From the sequence record DRR723986_25809: a DNA stretch of 47,686 nt; one strand, written 5' to 3'. Below the pieces are notes generated by a model, which saw only the letters and a program-made list of their open reading frames with translations, had not been told where the DNA came from and did no database searches. Positions 1 to 9,904 of this stretch are shown here, piece by piece (position 1 is the first letter of the stretch; each line of letters starts with the position of its first letter). The position numbers and the translations under genes are program-made.

Positions 1-29
1 GCATGGGGGTTCGAGTCCCTCTATCCGCA
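1..29 (+). tRNA. 3' part of a tRNA, most likely tRNA-Leu (5' part outside window)
   Basis: T-arm GGGGG-TTCGAGT-CCCTC (5-21), acceptor 3' strand TATCCGC and discriminator A (29); CCA not encoded. The pattern resembles tRNA-Leu, which commonly precedes tig. Anticodon not visible. Confidence 0.85.
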
Positions 30-39
30 CAAAATACCG

Positions 40-92
40 AACCCTCAATCACTCAACTGTCTTCAACTACAGGAAAGGGATTGGGGGTTTTT
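40..92 (+). terminator. Stem-loop with U-tract after the tRNA
   Basis: AACCCTCAATC pairs with GATTGGGGGTT (one G-U), inner CTGT/ACAG helix, followed by a T-run. Confidence 0.55.
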
Positions 93-121
93 AGTTAATC
101 TTCATTATTAAATTTTGAGCT

Positions 122-1444
122 TTGGAAATCACACAAGACAAGCATTCAGCAAATCAAGCTTTAATTAAAATTAAATTAAACGAAGCAGATTACCAACCTA
201 AGGTTGACGCAAAACTTAAGGACTTTGCCAAAAAATCTAACATCAAAGGATTCAGACCTGGAAAGGCTCCTATATCTATGGTGAAAAACATGTACGGCAC
301 TTCTGTACTGGTAGAAGAGATCAACTCCATCCTTAGTGAGTCCCTGAATACTTATTTGAAAGAACAAACTTTCAAAATCTTGGGCGATCCTCTTCCTCAG
401 GATCAAGGCACGATAGACTGGAAAACTCAAAAGGATTTTGAATTTGATTACAAAATCGGATTCGTGGAATCGGTAGAACTTACGCTTGATTCTAAAATCA
501 AAGCAACAAAATACTCCATCAAAGTAGACGATAAGTTGATCAATGAAACCCTTGACAACTTAAAGTCTCAATACGGCAATAGCACCAACCCAGAGGTAAG
601 CGAAGAAGGTGACCACATCTATGGTGACCTAAAAGCTACTGAAGGAACGTTTGAAAAAACTGTTTCTTTGGATTTGACTAAAATCACTAAAAAGCTTGCT
701 GGTAAATTCATCGGTGTAAGTAAAGAAGCTGTAGTTGAATTTGAAGCTAAAGATGTGAAAAAAGGTCAGTGGGAAGAAGCATTCGGATTAAGCGAAGAGG
801 AGTCAGCTGATCTAGAAGGATCATTCACATTGACTGTGAAAAACATCAATAGAAAAGAGACTGCAGAAATGAACCAAGAATTCTTCGATAAGATCTTCGG
901 TCCTGACCAGGTTTCTTCTGAAGAAGAATTTATCACAAAAGTTCGTGAGACACTTCAGGCTAATTATGACAAAGAGTCCAAAGTATTTACTGAAGAGGAA
1001 TTAAAGAAGGTATTGACTGATGCGGCGAAAGTAGATTTGCCAGAGACTTTCCTGAAAGAATGGCTTTTGATCGCAAATGATGGCAAAGTAACTGAGTCAG
1101 ATGTAGAGAAGGAATTCCCTATCTATGCAAAGCAACTAACATGGTCTTTGATCTCTAATGAACTTGCTACGAAAAACGAAATCAAAGCTGAGCACGAAGA
1201 AGTGATCGAGAAAACCAAGCAGATGGTTCGTGAGCAATTCGCAGCTTCAGGTCTTGGCGCTCAAATGGAAGACAGCATGGATATGTTTGTAGACAATTAC
1301 CTGAAAGGTGAAGAAGGTCAGAACTATATGAATATGCTTACTTCTATTCAGAATGAAAAAGTCCTTGCTTTTGCCCTTGATAAAATAAGTGTAAAAGAAA
1401 AGGATATCACTATTGACGAGTTTAAGGAACTTTTAGATAAGTAA
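122..1444 (+). CDS. tig: Trigger factor
   Basis: Ribosome-binding signature GFRPGKAP, 440 aa, TTG start, tig-clpP-clpX order. Confidence 0.96.
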   Translation: MEITQDKHSANQALIKIKLNEADYQPKVDAKLKDFAKKSNIKGFRPGKAPISMVKNMYGTSVLVEEINSILSESLNTYLKEQTFKILGDPLPQDQGTIDWKTQKDFEFDYKIGFVESVELTLDSKIKATKYSIKVDDKLINETLDNLKSQYGNSTNPEVSEEGDHIYGDLKATEGTFEKTVSLDLTKITKKLAGKFIGVSKEAVVEFEAKDVKKGQWEEAFGLSEEESADLEGSFTLTVKNINRKETAEMNQEFFDKIFGPDQVSSEEEFITKVRETLQANYDKESKVFTEEELKKVLTDAAKVDLPETFLKEWLLIANDGKVTESDVEKEFPIYAKQLTWSLISNELATKNEIKAEHEEVIEKTKQMVREQFAASGLGAQMEDSMDMFVDNYLKGEEGQNYMNMLTSIQNEKVLAFALDKISVKEKDITIDEFKELLDK

Positions 1445-1461
1445 TTCGCTTAAATCATCAT

Positions 1462-1490
1462 AAAAAAGCTCTTATTCAAGGGCTTTTTTT
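1462..1490 (+). terminator. Intrinsic terminator after tig
   Basis: AAAAAAGCTCTT-ATTC-AAGGGCTTTTTTT hairpin with U-tract. Confidence 0.75.
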
Positions 1491-1519
1491 ATTTTTGTTT
1501 ACCACAACAAACTCGAAAG

Positions 1520-2194
1520 ATGATCAACAAAGAAGAATTCCGTAAATACGCTATTCACAATCAAGGCGTAAGTGGTACTGCATTTGACCAGTACACTCAA
1601 CATATTGAAAACATGACCCGCTCTGTAATCGAAGAGCGTCCTCAGAATTTCAGAGAGATTGACGTTTTCTCTAGATTGATCATGGACCGTATCATTTTCC
1701 TTGGAACAGGAGTAGATGATCACATTGCGAATATTATTGTAGCTCAACTCCTTTTCCTAGAATCAGTGGATTCTAAGAAAGATGTGTTACTTTATGTAAA
1801 TAGTCCAGGAGGATCAGTGACTGCCGGTCTAGGCATCTATGACACAATGCAATTTATCAATCCTGACGTAGCTACTATCTGTACTGGCATAGCCGCTTCC
1901 ATGGGAGCTGTATTACTTGCAGGTGGGGCCGCAGGAAAAAGATCAGCACTGAAACATTCTAGAGTAATGATTCACCAGCCTTCCGGAGGAATGCAAGGCA
2001 AGTCTACAGATATGGAGATTTCTTTGAAACTTATTCTCTCCATGCGCGAAGAATTGTATGGAATTCTTTCAGAGCATACTGGTAAAACCCCAGAACAGAT
2101 CGAAAAAGATTCGGAAAGAGATTATTGGATGAAAGCTCCTGAAGCAAAAGCTTACGGTCTTATTGATGAAGTATTAGTTAAAAAACCAAAATAA
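1520..2194 (+). CDS. clpP: ATP-dependent Clp protease proteolytic subunit
   Basis: [22 protein letters not shown], catalytic Ser in AASMGA, His in MIHQP, Asp in ERDYWM. Confidence 0.97.
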   Translation: MINKEEFRKYAIHNQGVSGTAFDQYTQHIENMTRSVIEERPQNFREIDVFSRLIMDRIIFLGTGVDDHIANIIVAQLLFLESVDSKKDVLLYVNSPGGSVTAGLGIYDTMQFINPDVATICTGIAASMGAVLLAGGAAGKRSALKHSRVMIHQPSGGMQGKSTDMEISLKLILSMREELYGILSEHTGKTPEQIEKDSERDYWMKAPEAKAYGLIDEVLVKKPK

Positions 2195-3420
2195 TGGCTC
2201 AAGTTACCTGCTCATTTTGTGGTAGAAATAAGAAAGATGTAGATCTAATGGTGTCGGGTATATCTGCGCACATTTGTAATTTCTGTATTGATCAAGCTCA
2301 CATGATCCTTGGCGAAGAAGACAAAGCCAAGAAACCTGACGGAACAAAACCAAAAATCAAACTTAAAAAGCCGAAAGAGCTGACTAGTTATCTGGACCAA
2401 TATGTAATTGGGCAGGAAGATGCTAAGAAAGTACTGACAGTTGCTGTGTACAATCATTACAAGCGACTTTTCCAGAAGGATGAAAATGATGATGTAAAGA
2501 TTGAAAAATCAAACATTATCATGGTAGGTGATACGGGTACAGGTAAAACTTACCTCGCTAAAACACTTGCCAAAACTTTGGAGGTTCCTTTCTGTATTGC
2601 TGATGCGACGGTTTTGACTGAAGCAGGCTATGTAGGGGAAGATGTGGAAAGTATCTTAACGAGATTACTGCAAGCAGCAGACTACAATGTTGAAGCTGCT
2701 GAAAGAGGAATCGTTTACATAGATGAGTTGGATAAAATCGCTAGGAAATCCGACAACCCGTCAATCACAAGAGATGTGAGCGGGGAAGGCGTCCAGCAGG
2801 CCATGCTAAAGTTATTGGAAGGAACAATTGTAAACGTCCCACCACAAGGAGGTCGCAAGCATCCTGACCAGAAAATGATCGCAGTAAACACTGAAAACAT
2901 TCTCTTTATTTGTGGTGGAGCATTCGATGGTATTGCTAGACATATTGGGAAGAGGTTAAACACTCAGCCAATGGGTTTCAGCAAAGCTGCTGCAGATGCC
3001 GTTGCAGATCGTGAGAACCTTTTGCAATACGTAACTGCTCAGGATTTGAAAGCTTTTGGTTTGATTCCAGAACTAATAGGACGACTTCCTGTATTGACTC
3101 ATTTAGACCCACTACATGCGGACGCTTTGAAAAGAATTCTTACAGAGCCAAAGAATGCATTGGTAAAACAATATGCAAAGCTACTTAACTACGAGGGAGT
3201 TACGGTCACGTTTGAAGAAAGTGGGGTTGATTTTATTGTAGAAAAAGCCGTAGAATTCAATCTAGGCGCTAGAGGTTTGAGATCGATATGTGAAGCAATC
3301 ATTACAGATGCCATGTATGACATTCCTTCAGATGATTCGATCAAGGAATTGATTATTGATGCAAAATATGCACATGAAAAATTTGATAAATCGAAGTTTA
3401 AGCGACTTCAAGTAGCATAA
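2194..3420 (+). CDS. clpX: ATP-dependent Clp protease ATP-binding subunit ClpX
   Basis: N-terminal C4 zinc finger (CSFC...CNFC), Walker [40 protein letters not shown] overlap with clpP. Confidence 0.98.
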   Translation: MAQVTCSFCGRNKKDVDLMVSGISAHICNFCIDQAHMILGEEDKAKKPDGTKPKIKLKKPKELTSYLDQYVIGQEDAKKVLTVAVYNHYKRLFQKDENDDVKIEKSNIIMVGDTGTGKTYLAKTLAKTLEVPFCIADATVLTEAGYVGEDVESILTRLLQAADYNVEAAERGIVYIDELDKIARKSDNPSITRDVSGEGVQQAMLKLLEGTIVNVPPQGGRKHPDQKMIAVNTENILFICGGAFDGIARHIGKRLNTQPMGFSKAAADAVADRENLLQYVTAQDLKAFGLIPELIGRLPVLTHLDPLHADALKRILTEPKNALVKQYAKLLNYEGVTVTFEESGVDFIVEKAVEFNLGARGLRSICEAIITDAMYDIPSDDSIKELIIDAKYAHEKFDKSKFKRLQVA

Positions 3421-3427
3421 AAAAACG

Positions 3428-3459
3428 AACCCTGCTTCACTGAGGCAGGGTTTATTTTT
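3428..3459. terminator. Bidirectional terminator between convergent clpX and lpxB
   Basis: AACCCTGCTTC-ACT-GAGGCAGGGTT hairpin with T-rich flank on the right and A-rich flank on the left. Confidence 0.75.
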
Positions 3460-4573
3460 AATCCAAACTTTTTAGAATGAGCCTAGCTGTAGTATCAGAG
3501 GCGCTATTTACGCCTATCCTTTCTTTGATCAAGTCATATCCCTGAAGCATATAACCTTTGTAAACTTGATTTCCTAAAATCTGCCCCAGTTCTGCCTTAA
3601 GGTTAAGAACTGAAAAATCATTCTGGATAAGTTCCTTCACCACTAATTTATCGGCAATTAGGTTAACCAATGAAATATATGGGACACGAATCAGATTTTT
3701 GGCTATTGCATAAGATACAGCACTGGTACGGTAAACCACTATTTGAGGAACTCTAAACAAGGCTGTTTCCAACGTAGCTGTTCCGGATGTTACGACTGCG
3801 GCAATTGCGTGTGATAACAAATCATAGGTTTGATCAAAAATTACGTGAATACCAGCATCAATTCCCCGCTGGTATATACCCGAACCTAGGTCTCCCACTC
3901 CTGCTATTACAAATTGGGCATTTGGAAACTCTTGAACCAAAGCAACCATCCGATCTAGCATAGCATTGATCTCTTGAGCCCTGCTTCCAGGTAATAAAGC
4001 TATGATTGGCTGGTAGCTCAATTCATTCTTTTGGAAGAAGAATTCATGAGGAGTAAACTTAGAAATCTCATCTAAAAGAGGATTCCCTACATAGTGAACC
4101 TTCAAATCGAATTTTTCAAAGAATGTAGGCTCAAAAGGTAAGATAGAATAAATATGATCTGTATTTGCCTTTAGCTTTAATGCTCTCTTTTGGTTCCAAG
4201 CCCACACTTTTGGTGGAATATAATAATGCACAGGAATGCCGTGTTCTTTGGCAAATGAAGCGATCTTCATATTGAAACCTCCATAGTCAACCAAAATGAT
4301 AGCATCAGGTTTAAATGACAAAATATCACGTTTAACTAACTTGAGGTATTTCAAGACTTTGCGAAAACCTAAAACCACTTCCAAAAACCCCATCAACGCT
4401 ACTTGGGCGTAATCTACAGCCAAGTCTACACCAGCCTCCTTGGAATAACTCCCCCCCATCCCACGTACAGTTAAGTTTGGATTATACTCAAAAAGAGATC
4501 GAACCAAATTAGAGGCATGAAGATCTCCAGAGCGCTCGCCAGAGATGATGTAGATTTTTTTAGTTCTAGTCAA
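3458..4573 (-). CDS. lpxB: Lipid-A-disaccharide synthase
   Basis: SGERSGDLH, VDYGGFN, PPKVWAW, ILPFE, YVGNPL, LPGSR, SGTATLE motifs; TTG start. Confidence 0.95.
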   Translation of the reverse strand: MTRTKKIYIISGERSGDLHASNLVRSLFEYNPNLTVRGMGGSYSKEAGVDLAVDYAQVALMGFLEVVLGFRKVLKYLKLVKRDILSFKPDAIILVDYGGFNMKIASFAKEHGIPVHYYIPPKVWAWNQKRALKLKANTDHIYSILPFEPTFFEKFDLKVHYVGNPLLDEISKFTPHEFFFQKNELSYQPIIALLPGSRAQEINAMLDRMVALVQEFPNAQFVIAGVGDLGSGIYQRGIDAGIHVIFDQTYDLLSHAIAAVVTSGTATLETALFRVPQIVVYRTSAVSYAIAKNLIRVPYISLVNLIADKLVVKELIQNDFSVLNLKAELGQILGNQVYKGYMLQGYDLIKERIGVNSASDTTARLILKSLD

Positions 4574-4574
4574 A

Positions 4575-4617
4575 TGTGAAGTTTGTAAGTCGTGAGCAGT
4601 AAGTGGTTAGTAGTGTG
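4575..4617. repeat. Degenerate 7-bp tandem repeats, left flank of four-helix-bundle cassette
   Basis: TGTGAAG-t-TTGTAAG-TCGTGAG-CAGTAAG-TGGTTAG-TAGTGTG. Confidence 0.65.
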
Positions 4618-4664
4618 TTACAATTAATATTTTGTAAAGTATGTAGTTGGAGAAAAACAAAAGA

Positions 4665-5051
4665 TTACTTCCTCCCTATCGTGCAGAACAAAGACGCTTT
4701 AGACATCATCGCATTTAGCTTTTGGTTAATGACTTCACAGGATTTAACAATTAATTCTCTTTCCTGATCATTGACAAGTTCACAATCAAATGCAACTTCA
4801 ATCCAATGTTGAGTTTCGTACTGCTCTGCATCTGAATCGGTCAGCTTAGCTATAAAATGATTTATTTACCTCCATTTAGCCCAGCTTTCCGCAATTTGAG
4901 CACCTACCGATCTAGAAGATCTTCTTATCTGATCAGTCAAAGAAAACTTTTCCTCTACGGGAAAATGCTTGGATATCCTATAAACATCCTTCGCTAATTG
5001 CCTTGACAATTTGTAAACATCAAGTTCAAAATAAAAATTTACGTAAGCCAT
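4665..5051 (-). pseudogene. Four helix bundle protein (23S rRNA IVS-like family) with in-frame premature stop
   Basis: Family motifs FELDVY, FPVEEKFSLTDQIRRSSRSV..QIAESW. After the TAA at 4866-4868 the same frame continues INHFIAKLTDSDAEQYETQHWIEVAFDC...NQKLNAMMSKASLFCTIGRK to a stop at 4665 (129 codons in total). Confidence 0.85.
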
Positions 5052-5083
5052 AATTTATAAAGTTTAATGAAAACAATACAAAA

Positions 5084-5111
5084 ATTACAACTTACTACTT
5101 ACAATTCACAA
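5084..5111. repeat. Degenerate 7-bp tandem repeats, right flank, inverted relative to the left flank
   Basis: ATTACAA-CTTACTA-CTTACAA-TTCACAA; reverse complement TTGTGAA-TTGTAAG-TAGTAAG-TTGTAAT matches the units at 4575-4617. Confidence 0.65.
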
Positions 5112-5116
5112 AATTG

Positions 5117-5536
5117 TCACTCTCCAAAGTACTCCACAAAATTCCTTGGAGTCTCGTAAAGAGTAAGTTTATGTAGTCCCCCGTGCGAAGTAATTTCTTT
5201 CACGGCTGGCTCAAGTATCTTCCAAAACTCCATGATAAGATTTTCACAACTCGCCAATTTGCCTTGCATAAAATCGACGTCCACATTTAGGTTCTTGTGA
5301 TCTACCTTCTCAATCACCAAATTTCTGATTATGGTACTCAATTTTTTTAGATCCACCACAAACCCCGTATCTGGATCTGGCAAGCCCTTCACCATCACGA
5401 TCAACTCAAAATTATGACCATGCCAGTTAACATTGGCGCAAGGCCCAAATACCTCCACATTTCTTTCATCTGACCACTTCGGATTCCAAAGTTTGTGGGC
5501 GGCATTGAAATGTTCTTTTCTACAAACGTAAATCAT
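5117..5536 (-). CDS. 6-pyruvoyl-tetrahydropterin synthase / 6-carboxytetrahydropterin synthase (QueD) family protein, COG0720
   Basis: HFNAAHKL, C-x5-HGHN (CANVNWHGHN), DHKNLN, SCENL, ETPRNF motifs. Confidence 0.9.
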   Translation of the reverse strand: MIYVCRKEHFNAAHKLWNPKWSDERNVEVFGPCANVNWHGHNFELIVMVKGLPDPDTGFVVDLKKLSTIIRNLVIEKVDHKNLNVDVDFMQGKLASCENLIMEFWKILEPAVKEITSHGGLHKLTLYETPRNFVEYFGE

Positions 5537-5609
5537 AGCATTTTGAAATTCGGGGCGAAGTTAGCCAAAAAGTAGATATTATTCGAAAGACTAGCCCCTG
5601 AACACCAAA

Positions 5610-5639
5610 AGAAAAGCCCGTTTGGTAGCGGGCTTTTCT
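5610..5639 (-). terminator. Intrinsic terminator after the S8 protease and downstream hypothetical gene
   Basis: AGAAAAGCCCG...CGGGCTTTTCT inverted repeat, U-rich tail on the minus strand. Confidence 0.8.
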
Positions 5640-5651
5640 AGTGAATCTTGC

Positions 5652-6350
5652 TTATAATTCGTTGAGTTTTTGAAAGAATATGGTCAAATGATCTTCTCTA
5701 CTTAGGTTTAGATCATTTTTCTTCACTATTTCCTTTCCAATATCCTGATCTTTTTCATTTAAAGCTTTGAGAATATTTCTTGTGTTATCCCGAACACTCT
5801 GGACGTTCTCCTCAGAATCTATTAAGTAAAAACTCTCTTCAAACACAAACATTCTACCAGCTGTCACAGCATAGCTGTTTTTAGGTGGTGTCACTAAGTC
5901 CGAATAAAATCTCCTTATCAACGTATAGTTTTTCCCCTCAGCAATCACATTCACTAGATCTTTTGGCCCAAGGTTAGGGACAAAGTCAAAGCCTTTTTTC
6001 ACCAACAAACTGGTTAGCATTCCAGTGTTATTATTTGTCAATTGAATAGAAGGCCTAGTAAGTATTGCATATTCCACATAATCTTTATTCAGATAAATTT
6101 TATTACCAGCTTCGTTGATAACTTCTAATTCATTGTCATGAATGTTAAACCTATATGAAACCTTTTCTTTAAGCCCTGCATTGGTAAAGCCTATATCAGC
6201 CGTTGACCAATCGTCGAAAAGGTAAGGAGAACCATCTATATCGGTGTAAGAATTTAATCGAGCGGGAGCTCCATTCATATTAATATTGGATATTTGTGCT
6301 ACTGCAAAATGGGAACAAAAAAGGGTTGCAACCAGTAGGATATTTTTCAT
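5652..6350 (-). CDS. Secreted hypothetical protein
   Basis: Sec signal peptide MKNILLVATLFCSHFAVA-Q, GSPYL..DW motif common in Bacteroidota secreted proteins; start overlaps the protease stop. Confidence 0.8.
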   Translation of the reverse strand: MKNILLVATLFCSHFAVAQISNINMNGAPARLNSYTDIDGSPYLFDDWSTADIGFTNAGLKEKVSYRFNIHDNELEVINEAGNKIYLNKDYVEYAILTRPSIQLTNNNTGMLTSLLVKKGFDFVPNLGPKDLVNVIAEGKNYTLIRRFYSDLVTPPKNSYAVTAGRMFVFEESFYLIDSEENVQSVRDNTRNILKALNEKDQDIGKEIVKKNDLNLSREDHLTIFFQKLNEL

Positions 6351-9300
6351 TAGTTTTTAATTACTTTTTTATTTAGTGTCAAATTATTTGTGTTAATCTT
6401 CAGGATATATAATCCCGATGGACCAGTCATTAAGAGTTCAAAATTCAATTCATCGTCAGATTTAATGGCACTTTGCGAAAGGTAGATTCGGCCTGTAAGA
6501 TCAATAAGCTGGACTTCAACATTACCTCTATAGTTATTAGAAATGTTTATACTCAATTTATCCGATGTAGGGATTGGCCCAATAAACACTCCAAACCGAC
6601 TTAATTCTGACTCATTATCAGGAATTGCAGAAATGACAGTTGGTTCAGAGATCCTATTACAATCATCGTCAAAGATTGCAACCTGATAACGGCCATCTCC
6701 CGAAGCTTGAATGGATCTATTTGTAGCTCCTTCTAGTTTAACTTCATTGAGATACCATTGATAAGAGGACCCGGACTGCTGAGAGGTAAGAACATTGCCA
6801 TTTGCAACAATATTCGGCTTAAGCAAATCATTTTCGACTACAGTTACTAATTGATCAAATTCTGTTGATCCAGAATCATTTGTAATAGTCAATGTAACCA
6901 AATAATCTCCAGGCTGCTCAAAAACGAATATAGGATTAGCATTAGTAGAAGAGCCTAGTCCTCCGAAATCCCATAAATATTCTGAAATTAACCCTTCACT
7001 AAGATTCTCAAATTCAGATGCAGCGCCTACACACGTGTAGTTACTTATAAAGTTGGCAAACAAAACATCCTCGCAATTTTGTGCTAGCCATCCATCCGAA
7101 TTTGAAAGTGAGGCATTGCTACCAAGATTAATAATTGAAGCTCCCTCTAGGTCTACATTAGATATATTGAGGTTCTCAAAGCAATATTTTCTGTATTCAT
7201 CGTGAACAATCGTTCCTTTATCTGTGGCTGTTATTTCAGCATTAGCAGTAGAAGTTGCATCAACTGTTATCGTATTCAACACAGAAATTTCGCCAGACTG
7301 ATTCAAGTCCAACTGAGAACCTGCACCAAGTTTCAAATCTTCCAACTCAAGGGAAGCTGCAGTTTGAATCATTTTACCATTCTGAATTTCTAAATTCTGG
7401 AAGCCGTCTGAAGAAACATTCAAAACACCCGAACTTATTACTAGGTTAGCGAAATCCCTTGAAGAGGTATTTTCAAAGAGACCGCTTTCCCCGCTAAACT
7501 CCAAATCAACTCCTTCTTTAAGAATGGAATTATTAGCGATCAAGACGCTTGTTTTAAATTCTATTTGCTCGAAATCCCCCGAAAGTTCCGAAGAGGAAGT
7601 CAACGAAAGGGAGTTTAAACTCAATCGCGGTATTGATACTGTAAGATTCGCATTTGAAATTGATACCTTATCTAGATTTTCAGCCTGCAACAACTGCCAA
7701 TTACCAGATTCGAAATTTAATTCAACATTTTCAAATAGTGTTTTACCTAACTCAACTAGCTGCTCATTTATAGTAGGGTTAATAAAAACAATTTTACCGT
7801 TTCTAATTTCGGTAAGTTGATTACTAACTCTAAAACCATTAGAAACCACGATATCATTTCCATTCAAGTTCATTGATACTGATTGGCTACCAAATAGGTT
7901 TACACTAAACGCATTGGCATCAACAGGGAAATTGACCACAAGGGGACTGGCAGAAGCGCCTTCAAAAACCACTCTTGTTCCTAAAGAAGGAATCTTATTA
8001 GCTGTAGAACCATTAGCAGTGGATGACCAGTTAGATGGATTATTCCAATCTCCTCCGGAATTACCTATCCAATACAATGTCTCAGAAGCCCCATCCGAGG
8101 TACCTGCTTTCATTACCATAGAGAAATCCTGAATTCCGTTTATCAATTCTCCTTTATGGGTAACAATTACTTTATAGCGTTGTGGCTTTGGGTTGGGAAT
8201 ATAAATTTGCTCTACATTATCTCTAAAATTGTCCTTATCTGTTTCTGCAATAGCAGAAAGTCTCACAGCAGGGTTAAGTGTGTAAGGAAAAAAGGTTTTG
8301 CCCTCTTCATCTATGATTCTTAAATCCAAATCATTTACCAACATCAATTTTTGAGGATTTAATGACGGCGAAGCTGGGTTCCCTGCAGGATCTGTCCAAG
8401 CAATCGTGATCCGAATTGGTTGAATCCCATCTGACACAAATTCATTTTCGAAAACAGCTCCCTGAGTAAGATTTTCTTCACGAATCACATCTGAACTTCC
8501 ATTCTCATTTAGTATAATTTCCGCAGCCCCTTTTGTATTTAGCAGCCCCCATCCATATACGTAATCTGGACCAGGGTTATTACCAGCCTCTTTCGTAGTA
8601 TTTATCATGAGGGCTTTTAAGGTAGATGCCCACATATATCTTCCTGCGTTTCGTTGAGCAAATAATTGCTGGAGCAACAGGAGTGAACCTGTAACATTTG
8701 GTGATGCCATTGATGTACCGCTGAGGGAAGCATAAGAATCTGTCGCACCGCCATCAGCTATAGCCGAACTAAATACACTTACCCCCATGCCCACTACATC
8801 TGGTTTTATTCTGCCGTCATCTACTGGTCCAACGCTAGAAAAACTACTTATTGCAACATCCTGAGGTCCTGTGTATTCATTAATATTACTTACCGCACCT
8901 ACCGTTATTACGTTTTTAGCAACCCCTTCTGGTCCAATTGTGTCATCGGGTCCATCAGGATCTCTTGTTCCATCACCAGAGTCAGATCTATCATTACCAG
9001 CAGCCCAAACAATCGTATAATAGGGCTTAGCAAAAGCCAATTCGTCTATACCTCTACTTTTAGAAGAATAAAAACCAAATCGGTAATCCTCATCAGGATC
9101 GACTGCTGCGTTTCCTGACCAAACCCAAGCATTACTTGCATTTCGATACCACCCCACCACTATTCCATAGGAATGATTAGAAACTAAATGTCCGTCGGTT
9201 TGAGTAATCGGATCATAGGCATTCAAATTCATTTTAGAGAGATCACTTTCCCAGTTAAAAGCCCAACCAGTACTTTCATTAGCCATGCCCTTTGCATTTG

Positions 9301-9832
9301 CATTGATTCCAGCTGCCATTATTGTACCCGCAACGTGTGTTGCATGGTTACTAATTACCTCGGTAGAACCATCAACCTGTGTAAGTCGATCCTGGAATTC
9401 AACATGGTTAGCTTTTGGTCGTGTCTGATCATATATCCCAACAGTCATCCCTTTTCCCGTAAGATTCAGTGCCAGACTCCCTCCTTGCTGAAGAGCATTG
9501 GTAGAAGTAGTGATTGCAGCCCGAGTGTTAAACGTAGTGTAATATACGGGCGCATTGCTTTCGTCAAAATAATTAAGCTCAGCTACTTGGCCATCTTGTA
9601 ATTTAAGTAGATAGGGAATTCCTAATTGATTAGCTTTTTGTTTTATAGCTTCTTTATTGAGATAAAAAGAAGGGAAATTCAAATTGAAATCCTTTGATAT
9701 AACATCCCTTTCCTCCAAAAGAGAAGGAGAATTGACAAACTGTTGGGCTTTCACTAACGCAATGCTTAAACCCAATAGTAAAACTATAAGTATTGATCTC
9801 ATCAATCTATTATCCATAAACCAGTTTATCAA
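6350..9832 (-). CDS. S8 (subtilisin-like) serine peptidase with PKD domain and T9SS type A C-terminal sorting domain; start probably 9817 or 9802
   Basis: Triad Asp (GIYDQ), His (HATHVAGT), Ser (GTSMASP); oxyanion AAGND; PKD WDFG...PGDYLVTLT; CTD GPIPT...DLTGR...SGLYILKI...KKVIK. Confidence 0.92.
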   Translation of the reverse strand: MINWFMDNRLMRSILIVLLLGLSIALVKAQQFVNSPSLLEERDVISKDFNLNFPSFYLNKEAIKQKANQLGIPYLLKLQDGQVAELNYFDESNAPVYYTTFNTRAAITTSTNALQQGGSLALNLTGKGMTVGIYDQTRPKANHVEFQDRLTQVDGSTEVISNHATHVAGTIMAAGINANAKGMANESTGWAFNWESDLSKMNLNAYDPITQTDGHLVSNHSYGIVVGWYRNASNAWVWSGNAAVDPDEDYRFGFYSSKSRGIDELAFAKPYYTIVWAAGNDRSDSGDGTRDPDGPDDTIGPEGVAKNVITVGAVSNINEYTGPQDVAISSFSSVGPVDDGRIKPDVVGMGVSVFSSAIADGGATDSYASLSGTSMASPNVTGSLLLLQQLFAQRNAGRYMWASTLKALMINTTKEAGNNPGPDYVYGWGLLNTKGAAEIILNENGSSDVIREENLTQGAVFENEFVSDGIQPIRITIAWTDPAGNPASPSLNPQKLMLVNDLDLRIIDEEGKTFFPYTLNPAVRLSAIAETDKDNFRDNVEQIYIPNPKPQRYKVIVTHKGELINGIQDFSMVMKAGTSDGASETLYWIGNSGGDWNNPSNWSSTANGSTANKIPSLGTRVVFEGASASPLVVNFPVDANAFSVNLFGSQSVSMNLNGNDIVVSNGFRVSNQLTEIRNGKIVFINPTINEQLVELGKTLFENVELNFESGNWQLLQAENLDKVSISNANLTVSIPRLSLNSLSLTSSSELSGDFEQIEFKTSVLIANNSILKEGVDLEFSGESGLFENTSSRDFANLVISSGVLNVSSDGFQNLEIQNGKMIQTAASLELEDLKLGAGSQLDLNQSGEISVLNTITVDATSTANAEITATDKGTIVHDEYRKYCFENLNISNVDLEGASIINLGSNASLSNSDGWLAQNCEDVLFANFISNYTCVGAASEFENLSEGLISEYLWDFGGLGSSTNANPIFVFEQPGDYLVTLTITNDSGSTEFDQLVTVVENDLLKPNIVANGNVLTSQQSGSSYQWYLNEVKLEGATNRSIQASGDGRYQVAIFDDDCNRISEPTVISAIPDNESELSRFGVFIGPIPTSDKLSINISNNYRGNVEVQLIDLTGRIYLSQSAIKSDDELNFELLMTGPSGLYILKINTNNLTLNKKVIKN

Positions 9833-9855
9833 CGTTTTAGAACTAATTAAAGTTT

Positions 9856-9884
9856 AAAAAAAAGGGGGCTAAAAAGCCCCCTTT
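9856..9884 (-). terminator. Intrinsic terminator after susC-susD-lipoprotein
   Basis: AAAGGGGGCT-TTT-TAGCCCCCTTT followed by a U-run on the minus strand. Confidence 0.85.
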
Positions 9885-9904
9885 ATTATGAATTAAAAGA
9901 GATT

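Noticed and set aside
1-121. tRNA as an integration site for an island
   Set aside because: Followed directly by core genes; no integrase or duplicated tRNA 3' end seen.
4866-4868. Programmed stop-codon recoding (Sec or Pyl)
   Set aside because: The stop is TAA, which is not recoded, and the expected residue is Tyr.
4665-5051. Diversity-generating retroelement, suggested by the Avd-like fold
   Set aside because: No reverse transcriptase and no template/variable repeat pair seen in the window.
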